The notes under the pieces are model-generated. The model was not told the origin of the DNA and did no database searches. It saw nothing but the letters and a program-made list of their open reading frames with translations. From positions 65,410,001 through 65,474,000 of the forward strand of contig OZ241832.1 of the NCBI GenBank assembly GCA_965202585.1: 64,000 nucleotides of DNA, read 5' to 3'. The DNA comes from Thalia democratica. Taxonomy: Eukaryota. Of the stretch, positions 51,659 through 64,000 are shown in pieces (positions within the stretch are counted from its first letter, which is position 1; every line of letters starts with the position of its first letter). The translations under genes and the position numbers were made by a program.

Positions 51659-54600
51659 GTATTTATTCGTATCGGTTCTTTTAATCTGTATATAAAACTG
51701 TGAGCACACTGAATTGTTGTTTTATTTTGCCCGCTTAGGTATAAGGAATAAGTATATATATATATATATTAAAATCCTATATAATATATATATATATATA
51801 TGTTATATAAGATTTAAAAAAGAGGTTACTAATTGTCACTAAAAGTATGTAGAAAATTAAATCTAAAAATTGCACCAAGTATGTACAACAAATTGACCTT
51901 ATAGAGTTGTTTAACATAAGTCTGCATCATTTAAGAAACAATATGTTTCAACAGGCATGGTTCGGCCGTTATAAATATCATTTGAAAAAGTTAAGTTTTA
52001 TCAGCTAGTCTACTGACTACAAATAAAATCTCAAAGTTGTAAAAACCAGCGCTTCATACTACCAATTAGTTCAGTCTGAGTTTTTCTAGTTAGTCAAAAT
52101 AAATGCACTATATATTTTCATTAACATTCAAAGAGTAGATCAGTCAATTAAATTGTCTCAATACCTAAAACTACAGTTCCTTGACACAATGCTTATAAGT
52201 GTCAAGTCAGATACAATTTTTAAACACAAATTTTTCGTTATTGTAATAGGTTTTGCCCCTTTGCAGATATTTAAAAACATGTTTGCCCCCATTTTAGCCA
52301 TTGCCTGTTTAAAAGTCAGTTACCATTTTCGGTCATACTGATTAACACCCCTGATGGTAAAAAATAATTTTAAAGGGGCAATACTGCCTATTTTTTGAAT
52401 CCCTGCAGTATTAAATTAATATAGTAAAAAGAAGTGTAGAAAATAAAGAAATATTATTTAGAGATACATCTTAAAAAGTTTTAGATTAGTCTAAACACAA
52501 ACTTAGTCTCAATTAATTACAAACTATAATACAAAAAAAAATTAAATCTGTACCTAGCGTATAAAGTTATGTTTCAAGCTAATAATATAATCAAACCGAA
52601 GATTTTTATGGATATTAGTTGCCTGTTGTAAATTTACAGTTATTTAGGAACAAAGATATAAACTTAAGAAGCCTTTCCACTTATATTAGTATACGCATTG
52701 TTTTAATATTATATCTTAACATCCATGTATATTAGTATGATTTACGGCCTAATTAAAATCGATTACTTCAGAAAACTGTTGACTTGAGGCTTTTAAGATA
52801 AAATGAATGCCATTTAAAAGATTTGAAGGTTACAGAACAAGGTATTGCACATAAATTTACAGTTTAAAAATAATAAAAGTAGTGCTTTTTACTGGGTGAT
52901 CATTAGTTTACTATTTTAAGGTTACAATAGTTCAGTCTCAGAACTTAAAAAAAAACATAATAATTAACATAGCTAAATTGTGTACTGTTGTTTATAAAGA
53001 CAATATAAATCTTTTTAGAATTTTTAATTAAACGTTTGTTATACTCTGTTTATCTTAAAATATTTATCATGTTTGTAAGAAACTTATTATTTAAAATGTT
53101 TCAATGAAAATCGCTGAGCTTTTACTTAATTTATATTATACATGTTAAAAGCTTTTTTATCAAAAGTAAAATAATTACTTACTACAGTGACATTTTAAAC
53201 AAAAATTTACTTTTCCAGACAATAATAGTAACTAATAAAAATAAACTCAAAACGAAAACTGTTTATACAATATTTCAATAATTCTTTTAATTATTAATAT
53301 TAATAATAATAACTTTTGAACATAATATAGAGTAGATCAAAAATATTTCCATATTCCAACGCTTATCAAATGCAAGCACATACATTAATTAAATGTACAC
53401 AGAATTATGTTTGGAAAACTGAATAACATTAATGTATATCTTAAAAGTTATTTTAAGTATTTTTAGCCAAAACAGTCTATTATGTGTCATAAATAAAATT
53501 TAATACCTTAAAACTCTTACTTTAACGTTGAACAACGAACTCTATATAACTATTACAGTGTTATTTAAAAAAGAAATATTTAGAAGTTAGTGACTTTAGC
53601 TCTTTATTTATGACAATTTTGTTAAAGAAGCCAACCAAATACAACACTTTACTAGACATAGTGACATTTCAATTTATATATCTTTTCAATTGATCTTGCT
53701 TATAACTTATTTTTTCTTGTTTAAAATCTATGCAAAGTTTTATTAACTTTAGGGTAAAATACTTTTTCTCAAATAAGTCATTTAAAAACGACTTATCTTG
53801 AAAATATGATCACAGACAGTACAACTTTTTGATTAATTAAACATTAAAACGATTCAAATAACTTTTGTAGAAATTAGAAACTATAAAGTATAACAAAAAC
53901 TTGCTGCTTAGGTAAAAATTCTTAAAATATAACTTAATTAAAAAATTTTTGTTTCTTTATTTTTACTAAAACGAAACAAACTATGTTCAAAAATAATAAA
54001 TTAACTATACATTGTATTTATGAACATCCTTAAGTGACGTAACAGACAAATACTAATGTTTATTATTTATATATTTACAAAGATGAAATAAATATGTAAA
54101 GTAAAAAAACTTAGTTCCCTTAAAGAATTCGCTTGAGCACTGAAAAAGTTTTTTTAGAAACAGAACAATTTATCTTTATAGCTATTTTAGTTTATTTATT
54201 AGTTACTATATAAAATTCTTAAACGTAAATTGAAAAAACTAATTGTATAAATAAAAAAAATAATAATAATGATATCCACATACCTATTGATTTGAAATAT
54301 TTTTTTAATGTTATATATTTAGATTGATGAAGACTAAATCTACCTTCAGTAAAAATAAACATTACATTTTTAAACAACGTCTACTTCTATTGTTTTACTT
54401 TCTATTTAAGTTTAATTAAATTAAATTTTAGAAATTAAAATTGTTTACATTTTTCAAATTTATTTTTGAAATCAGTAATTGTATCCAACAAACTAGAAGT
54501 TTAACTAAATAATTTTTTCTTTATTAAACTATTTTACGGTAATTTATTACTAGAACAGTTTTATTAAGGTTGTAAAAGAAAAATTGCTAGTATTTGCACA

Positions 54601-57600
54601 AAGTAAAAAAAAATCCTTTAACTTGTTCACTTGTTTAATAAAAACAACTTTAATGTTTCAATTGAAGTGAAATTAAATTTTCAGAAGAATATATGATCAC
54701 GAACCATCACTTACAAACGCAACGATAAATACTTGGTTGATATTACTAAAGATTAAGTAATTTTATTTCCACTTTAACTTACATAGAAAATAATAAATTT
54801 CTACTACTGATTATAAGAATATTTAAACAAATTAAAAGTTTAAACATTTATATAAGGAATTTGCATTAGATTATTTTTTAAATTATTTTTGAACTATTTC
54901 AAAATACACATTATGGCAAATAAATTAAGTATTACATTCATTGTATTTTTGAACATCCTTTAGTGACGTAATAAACAAACGGTAATGTTTATTGTTTGTA
55001 TATATATATTAAAATAATATAGTTGTTGAATCAAGGTGCTCTTGTAGCTTCCTTTGAAGAATTTGCTTGAGCACTAAAAAAACCTTGAATAAAAACAATG
55101 ACAATTTATATCTAATTATCGAGCATGATCACTTTATTGTTATCATTAAAACATTATTTAGTCTAATATGTAGACGAAATTATGATTATCGTTAGGGGTC
55201 TAGCATTGGTGCCTTCGGCATTTTTGTTCCTGACTGTCTGATTGATCTATCCCACCCACACCGCCCTAAACTTCTCAATTTAATTTATTTTTTTTTGTAA
55301 GCTAGTGTTTGTGGTTAAGTCACTAAAATTTATTTTTTGCTCAACATTTCTTCAGTTAAAAAGTTAAAAAATTAATTTAATGAAGTTGCATTATTTTGTT
55401 GATTCCTTGCAAACTTGTTTTTCAACAAACTTGTAGTGCATTGTAACTGAAATATTAAAAACTGAATCTAAATATAAACTTTACCTGAATGCTTGCGTTT
55501 GTAAAAGACGTCAGAATAAAATACTTTTGTTGATGAGAGCTTTTCTTCAGTAATTTTTATTGAAATTTCATCAATCTTAAAACATCAAAAAAATTAGACA
55601 CAATAGTGATTTAAAGCTATCACATTGGACCAGTAAAAAGTAGTTTTTGTTAATATTAAGCAAATATGTACTTTTGTATAAAAGCAAGTATTTTTAAGCT
55701 TAGTTTCTGTATTTGTTAAACATTTTATAATTCATACTTATATATCATTCAAATCATTTTTATCAAAATTAAGTAGTATCCATGAGAGTCTACTAATTGA
55801 AACTTAAACGCTTTAGTTTATTTAAAAAAAAAAAAGTGCATTTTACTTTATTTATTTAACCCTAACATAAAATGTTTCGTTACTTAATTGGCTTAAAACG
55901 TGTGTATAAGACGTTATCATTAAAAAATAAGTTGTTCATTTATTATTTAAGTTGTTTTTGTATAATTTCATTAAAAATGTTTAACAAATACAGAAATAAA
56001 CTTAGAAATACTTTTGAAGTATATAATACTAAATCTTAACAAAAAGTGTTTTTACTGGTTTAATCTAATAACTTTGAATCACAGTAGTGACTAGTTCTGA
56101 ATATGTTATGAGTTAAAATTAAAATGATGACAAAATATAAACTTTTTTTTATTTATAAGAAACTTTATTAGTACTCAAGCAATTCTTTTTTGGAAACTTA
56201 AAGATTAACTTATGTTAATTTATAAGTACTTACAATTGTTGTTTTTTTAGGAGTTTATTATTGAAAATGTTTCAACAAAAAACAGAAACTTAACTTAGAA
56301 AATAGTTGTTTTTAGATAAAAATACGTTTTTACTAAATGTTAACTAAATGTATTTTTTACTGATTTACTGCGATAACTTTGAATCACTGTAGTGTCAAAT
56401 TCTTTTTATGTTATTAAGTTACTAAATCACAACGTTTTATTGTACTAAAATATAAATTTTAACCTAAAATTTAAGAAAACAAAAATACGTTAAAAAGCAG
56501 TATTATGTATATTTAAAACTTATTCAATAAAACTTAAGTTACAAAAAGTGTTTAAAAATCTACTATTTAGTTTCTATTATCTTTAATTAAAGTACATTAT
56601 ACTGATAGTAATCCTAAACTGGACAAAGAGCTAGTTACTCAAGTTTAACTAACTACATTTTATCTTATTAAATTATGAGTAGTCCGAACATATTAAAGAA
56701 AAGTTTAAGTTTTATTCACACATTGTTACAAATAATCTTCATTCGTAAATTATTCTTTACTAAATTTTATTAAACTTACTAATTTAATCCATGAAAATAC
56801 TGTAAGTTAAACTTAGCTCTTTATGAAAAAAACTAAAGTTGTAGTTCTACTTTTTAAACAGTATATACAAAATAGACAATGCAATAACCAAATATTTTAT
56901 TCTCGTCAGTGGTAGATGGCAATAAAGGAAAAAATAAACTTCAACTTGTATAGTAATATTAGCAACCATCATAGACAAATAATAATTACATACAAAGTTG
57001 ATGACACAAAATTAATCAAAATACTTAGTATTATCAGAGTTAATTAAGTACAAACATATAAACACAAACAAAAGCGCTGAATAGATAAAGCAACACCATA
57101 ACCCATTACTTTTGCCTACAAAGGGTAGGTTTTCTATTCCAAATATTTACAGCCTCCATTTTTACACTTTTTTCGAAAAATGTGCACATCAGATTGCAAA
57201 ATCTAAGTTATAACCAATAACAAGTTTAGATTTAGTATAAAGAGGAATAACATTAGAAATGGTATATAATCAACGTAATTCTAATAACTAAGTTTTAACT
57301 TTAGCCAGCAAATAAAACTAGTTCTAGTTTTAGTCACTTTAAAACAACAGTTTTACTGTTTAGTTTTACTTTTATCAATAAACTAAACTAATTTAAAAAA
57401 AAACTTTTGGTTTTATTTAAATAAAAACATAATTTAACTGTTTAGTTTTAGTTTTACTCGACTAATAAGAGAGGTTTTGGTATAAGTAACTACATGATTT
57501 AATTATTCAACACTGTAGTTTTATTTTTTTTTATAAAATTACTATATCTGTTAGTTTTAGTTTTAATCAGCTTACAATAGATGTTTTACAGTAAAGTTTT

Positions 57601-57909
57601 AGTTTTAGTGGCTTTATTACAGTGACTTAACTACGTTTTCAATTTAAACTTCAGTTTTATCTGCTTAACATACTTTTAGTAACTCTATGTTTAACTCATA
57701 TTACTTAAATCAATTTTATATTTGTTATCAATTTACATCTATGGTTTAAATAAAGAGAAAATTATAAGAGTTGAAATGAATTATAAAATCTTTTACAATG
57801 TTTATGAAAAAAAAACAGTAGTGCGACTTGTTTTGATAATATTGTGTGAGTAAAATACTTTAAAGAGCAAATTCTATCGCTAATCATTCAACCGTAACGT
57901 TGATTATTT

Positions 57910-60138
57910 TTCTCTCTTTATTGCTGACGTCACCACACAGTACATCCCTTCACAAATATTATAAATAAAGATGTCATATTTGAAATTACAATCTCAGAAT
58001 GTGTAGGACTTGACACGTTATTTAAAGCCGCGAACATAAGCGGTATATATAAAATTATTTTATTAGCTCCGACCGAACAAAACTCATTGTAAGGTTGTTG
58101 TTGTGTTTATTTTCTTGTTGGTTGTTTGTTAACAAGAAAAGTATTTAATCAATAAAATATAACAAAGTTCATATAATTGTTACAGTTTGAACTAAAAGTC
58201 CTGTTTTTTATAACTTGTTCAACTACAGATTTTTAAAAATAAGAATATCGATTGGTATATAAACAGTTTAAGATAATTGAAATAGTTATTAAACATCATG
58301 GATTTTTATAACTTAGAAATAAATACCATAAAACATATTTAAAATTAAAGTAGTTTTTAGGGTGACTATTTATTTCAAATTTTTACTAACATAGTATAGT
58401 TTATATATTTAATATTGAAACAAATGTCTAACGATTTACACTTTAAAAGTAAAGATCTTAATTAAAAATGAAACAAAAATTGTACGATTTTAAAGATGAA
58501 AGTTTAGTAATTTTTGATAATTGTATTATATTTTTGTTTAATAAGGATCTTATAAAAGTTATGTCAAAATTACTTAAGCTGTAAACATTTTTAATTTTTC
58601 TTGATAAATTATTAAATAACAATGTTCTGGACGATGACGCTAAGTAATGTATCGATAACCGAAAGGTTCCTTTGTACACCAGGCTTTAGAAACAAATGTT
58701 TTGAGCGCTTTGTCCTTCAATAAACAAATTAATATAAATTTTAGTAAAAAACATAAGATTTAATGAACAAACCAAATAGTTTTTCTATTTGTTCTTTATA
58801 AAGTATGAAGAAAACTTGTAGAATACAAAGTTTAAATGCTACTGTGAAAATAGCTATATTGGACAAACTTTCCGTCACCTAAAAACAAGAATAAAAGAGC
58901 ATGTTCCAAAATGTATTATATCGCAAATCAGTTACAAAAAAGATAAAAAGAGCGTAGCAGTCAAAAATGCGATGAAAAAATCAACTATAAGAACATTTAG
59001 TAAACTACACTTGCTGTGGAAACAATTTTAATATAGTTAATTTTAATTTAAAAAAAAGTATTATGCGACAATATTCAAACACTTTTAATTAATAAGACTA
59101 CAAGCCATTCTTATACATTTAAACAATCCTAATTTATGTAAAAAGAAAAAAATGATTACACTTTAGCCTTATTTAGTTAAAAACCATTTTGTTTAATTTA
59201 CAAATATATTATGTTGATTACGCTTTAATTTAGATAATTGATTAATTAATAAATTTTTGAAATGTATTTTGTTTGTGTTTTATCTTAGTTTTTTATTTCA
59301 ACTGTTTTTTCCTGACAAAAATTGATGAAATATATTGGAAAAGAAAAAAATTTAGTCTTTTTATTTAATCCGTAAAACATAAATTACTAAAATACTTAAT
59401 TATTTAAAATTGAGTATTAGGTTTGGTATTTTAAAAGAGTTGTATTTTTGTGTAGTTTAGTTTTAGGCAACTGATCAAAAACATAAAAACTAATCGCAGA
59501 AAATGCTCATAACTAAAAAGAAAACAGTAAACTATATTTTCAAATAAATCCGCTATTCTTTAAAATCAATATATTTAGTAAACAGTTAAACAGTTTAATT
59601 ATGCGAACAACCATCTTAAATCACTAGTTATACAGTTGAGTTTTACTTTAAGTCTAATAGTCAAAGTTATTTTTTGTTAAATTTAAGTTTTAGAAGTCTT
59701 ATTTTTGCAAGACTGATTTTTTCAATATACAGTTAAATGATTATAAAAAAGTCAAAAATAAACTAACTTTAATTTTTTTAAATTATGTTAAAGCCGTTTT
59801 AAATATTATACTTTTATAAATTAAATATATCTAATGTGTTTACAGTTGAGTTTTACTTTTATTCAACTAAAAATAGTGTTCTGTTATTAAGTTTTAGTTA
59901 TTTTTTTTTCCGAGGCTGGTTTTCAAAAGAATTAATGTTTGAAATTTTGAATTAAAACCGGTATGTTAACTTATTCTTAGTTTTTTTTTTCCAAAAGTTT
60001 CTAAAAAGTATTTAATAAAACTTTTAGTATATGTTTTAAACTTAAATTTATTGTTTTTTTTTTTAACAACTTATTAATTTGATTTTAATAATTTAAAAAA
60101 GGTTTTATGTGGATTTATATTTAGGTCTTATTTTTTTT
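57910..60138 (+). repeat. Left inverted arm of Penelope-like copy 2
   Basis: Copy of 23948-26127; reverse complement of 62712-64000 over the visible part. Confidence 0.95.
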
Positions 60139-60195
60139 AATTATTGTTTTGGACACTTTCAATATAATAAAACAAATGTTTAAGCACTGCTTTGG

Positions 60196-60241
60196 TTTAT
60201 TACCTTATTTCGGTGAGCGTTAGCTGACCTTGTCAAATAAA
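60196..60241 (-). ncRNA. Candidate hammerhead ribozyme, identical to 26185-26230
   Basis: Same sequence tttattaccttatttcggtgagcgttagctgaccttgtcaaataaa. Confidence 0.6.
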
Positions 60242-60511
60242 TTCAAAACAGTAAATAACATTTAGACATTGGCAGTAATGTGAATCTGAACTCATTGATG
60301 CGTAAAAAAATAAATAAACATTAACTATTCAAATTTTAATGAAAAATGCATAATTAGGTGAACTAAATATTGGTATTGATTAATAAATAAAATTAAAAAA
60401 AAAATTAATAAAAAAACTAAATGCAATATAAACGAAAACACAACAAATTCTTAACAAAATTCTGAAAAAAAAAACTAACAGATGATTAAAATGCTAGTAA
60501 TATTTAAATTA

Positions 60512-62683
60512 TTAGGTTTTTGATTCATTCCAATAAAATAATAAAAATTTGTTTCTGTGTCTGCAAGAACTCATCACTTCTGATCTTTTATTAATACAAT
60601 TCTTATCTGCTTGAAGGATCTTTAATGCTTCTTTCAAGCATAACCTGCATGTTTCTACTCTAGGTCTTGATTCATATTCTTTTTCTAGTATTGTCCAAGT
60701 CAATTCAAAATTTTTATTTTCGTTCTTCAATGTGTGGATGTATTTTGATAGTTCAGTTGCTTGTTTGTATTGCATATAATTTCTATCTTCTGGGTTGCTA
60801 TTTATTGTTGTTCTGTGGGTTGCCACTCTTTTTTTGAATTGGTTGGCGCTTAGACCAATATATGATTTAGTTGCATTGTCAGTTTTTACTGTGGCCTCGT
60901 ATATGACATTTTGTGCTCGACAGTTACCGCCTTTCAAAGGACATTTCTCTTTGTTTCTACAGTTACATGTTTCATCTTCATCATTCTTGTTGCAGTTTGT
61001 TAGCTTCTTGTTGTGATTCTTTATGATTGTCTCAATGTTTGGCAAACAGCTGTAACTTAATTTGATGTTGTTCTTATTCAAGTATTTTTTGAATTTACTG
61101 TCTACTCCGAAGTATTTGTTTATTATTTGGAGAAATTTCTTGCCAATGTTTGTTTTTATGGATTTGCAGTATGGTGGATTAAACCATATTATTTTTCTTT
61201 TTCTTTTTCTAGGTCGTTTCTTTCCATCATCTTCACCTTTGAACTTTATTTTGTAATTGTAGCCACTTAACTTTATTGCGTCATTGTAATCTTTACTTAT
61301 TTCATTGAATAGATTTTCATTGCTAGAATTTTTGGAAAGTCTTTCTTCTATCATTTTTGGAATTTGCTTCAGTATTGCTGGAGGGTGGTTGGACTTTGAA
61401 TTAATATATATGATTTTGCTGTTTTCTTTTCTATACGGTTGGAATGTGTGGTTGTATAGATTGAAGCTTAGGTCTAGATAGTTGATTTTACGTGAAGGAT
61501 TTTCGATATCTAACTTTATTCCCATTTCTTTTGATATGTTGTGCATAGATTTTCTAATTTTCTCTATATCAACATAACTTTTGTTTTTTTCTATGACAAT
61601 TAATCCATCGTCACGGTACAGTCCTGTTGTTAGATTTGGGAGCGCATTCTTGAGTTTATGTAGTATATAGAGACCTACTAATTCACATATTTCCGCTCCA
61701 TGCTTTCCTCCCATGGTGATGTCGAAAAGTTCATTCTCTTCTGTGTTACTTTTTCTTTTTACCCAAACTTATTCTTTATTATATAGTACTGATTTAGATG
61801 CGTTTAAGATAATCTTCATTTCTTGTTCGCTTACTTTTGTACTTTCGTTTGCAAAAGCTAAAGCTTTACTTAGTAGTTTTTCTGATATAGATGGGTAAAA
61901 CTCCACAATGTTAAACTTCATGAACTTGTATTTGTATTTTTGAAGTTTTTTGTACCAGTTTAAGACTTCTTGGGAACTTCGCCACTGGAGGCATTTGGTT
62001 GATTTTCTTAAGACATTGTTGATTCTGTCAATTATACATTTGCTAATTTGACCTATGTCTGAATAGCTAGGATTTATTAATCTTGTTTTGGGATTGCTGG
62101 CGAAATCCTTTTTGTGGTCTTTTAGCGTTATATAGCATTGTTGTTTCGGTAAGTAGTTTACTAATTTCTTTTCAAGTTTAAGATTTGTTACTATCTCTTT
62201 TGCTTCTTTATTTATCTCATTTGTAATTGTTTTGTCACTCTTTTTGTATGATTTTCGAATCGATTTTAGTAATAGGCTGTCGTATTCTAATTTAGGAATC
62301 TTGTAGTAGTTGTTTGTCTTGTCGGCTGGTACTATTAGGCTTTTGGTCTTGCCTATTTGTCTTAAGTCTTTTTTAAGCTCTTGTTGGAAATTGTCTTTTG
62401 ATTTTCGAAATTTAACTTGATTAATTAGATCAAACATATCATTTTCAAAATTCTTGAGTTCTTCAGGCTGTTTTGGTGTAAATTTTGATTTGAAACCATA
62501 TGTCTCTTTGTTTTCTATCATGTCTGTGCTATCTTCATCATTGGTGCAGAAGTAAAGTTTAATTCTAATTCGTCTACAGAAACTTCTAATTTTTTCCATT
62601 AACTTTATTTTGTATTCTGTCTTGTTGCATAAAGGAATGTTCTTAGTTGAATAATTAAAGTTCAGCTTTTCATATGCTGCCAT
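60512..62683 (-). pseudogene. Penelope-like ORF copy 2 (724 codons including stop), premature TAA at 61769-61771
   Basis: A single frame runs from ATG 62683 to the stop at 60512. GAA>TAA occurs in NKE(E>*)VWVK, where copy 1 is open. Confidence 0.95.
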
Positions 62684-62711
62684 TGTTAATATAAAATACA
62701 CTTTCAAACAG

Positions 62712-64000
62712 AAAAAAATAAGACCTAAATATAAATCCACATAAAACCTTTTTTAAATTATTGAAATCAAATTAATAAGTTGTTAAAAAAAAAACAATAA
62801 ATTTAAGTTTAAAACATATACTAAAAGTTTTATTAAATACTTTTTAGAAACTTTTGGAAAAAAAAAACTAAGAACAAGTTAACATACCGGTTTTAATTCA
62901 AAATTTCAAACATTAATTCTTTTGAAAACCAGCCTCGGAAAAAAAAAACTAAAACTTAATAACAGAACACTATTTTTAGTTGAATAAAAGTAAAACTCAA
63001 CTGTAAACACATTAGATATATTTAATTTATAAAAGTATAATATTTAAAACGGCTTTAACATAATTTAAAAAAATTAAAGTTAGTTTATTTTTGACTTTTT
63101 TATAATCATTTAACTGTATATTGAAAAAATCAGTCTTGCAAAAATAAGACTTCTAAAACTTAAATTTAACAAAAAATAACTTTGACTATTAGACTTAAAG
63201 TAAAACTCAACTGTATAACTAGTGATTTAAGATGGTTGTTCGCATAATTAAACTGTTTAACTGTTTACTAAATATATTGATTTTAAAGAATAGCGGATTT
63301 ATTTGAAAATATAGTTTACTGTTTTCTTTTTAGTTATGAGCATTTTCTGCGATTAGTTTTTATGTTTTTGATCAGTTGCCTAAAACTAAACTACACAAAA
63401 ATACAACTCTTTTAAAATACCAAACCTAATACTCAATTTTAAATAATTAAGTATTTTAGTAATTTATGTTTTACGGATTAAATAAAAAGACTAAATTTTT
63501 TTCTTTTCCAATATATTTCATCAATTTTTGTCAGGAAAAAACAGTTGAAATAAAAAACTAAGATAAAACACAAACAAAATACATTTCAAAAATTTATTAA
63601 TTAATCAATTATCTAAATTAAAGCGTAATCAACATAATATATTTGTAAATTAAACAAAATGGTTTTTAACTAAATAAGGCTAAAGTGTAATCATTTTTTT
63701 CTTTTTACATAAATTAGGATTGTTTAAATGTATAAGAATGGCTTGTAGTCTTATTAATTAAAAGTGTTTGAATATTGTCGCATAATACTTTTTTTTAAAT
63801 TAAAATTAACTATATTAAAATTGTTTCCACAGCAAGTGTAGTTTACTAAATGTTCTTATAGTTGATTTTTTCATCGCATTTTTGACTGCTACGCTCTTTT
63901 TATCTTTTTTGTAACTGATTTGCGATATAATACATTTTGGAACATGCTCTTTTATTCTTGTTTTTAGGTGACGGAAAGTTTGTCCAATATAGCTATTTTC
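62712..64000 (-). repeat. Right inverted arm of copy 2 (truncated by window end)
   Basis: Matches 28705-29995. Confidence 0.95.

Noticed and set aside
26506-62683. Idea that recombination between the two Penelope copies would restore an active element
   Set aside because: The private lesions are complementary, but both copies share the motif A Asp>Asn change.

Overview
Very AT-rich eukaryotic DNA with no prokaryotic features and no intact host gene. A Hydra-like cnidarian is my inference from composition and TE content, not something the sequence shows. The window is a graveyard of transposon fragments (Penelope-like, Merlin/ISXO2, MULE, hAT, Ty3/Gypsy) arranged as a ~36-kb tandem duplication: ~829-16130 matches ~39200-51800 moderately, and ~16135-29995 matches ~51803-64000 almost exactly. 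Three things stand out. (1) A complete 2.44-kb LTR element (35594-38035; 114-bp LTRs, 5-bp TSD AGAAT, PPT) has lost gag/RT. In their place is a ~1-kb GC-richer non-retroviral ORF, joined to the integrase remnant by a fold-back inversion. A second, different LTR at 700-828 is followed by a diverged homolog of the same ORF (1-689). The protein tentatively resembles the T=13 trimeric capsid of Sedoreoviridae (orbivirus VP7 type); this resemblance comes from memory and needs a search. (2) A Penelope-like RT+GIY-YIG element is present twice. Each copy has a candidate U3-A8 variant hammerhead ribozyme in its 3' UTR and sits between ~2.2-kb inverted arms. (3) Most recognisable TE and viral relics lie on the minus strand, as in a uni-strand piRNA cluster. 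Together these suggest a locus where LTR retroelements deposit RNA-virus sequence into a small-RNA-producing archive. That is a hypothesis. Boundaries of decayed relics are approximate and identities were judged by eye.
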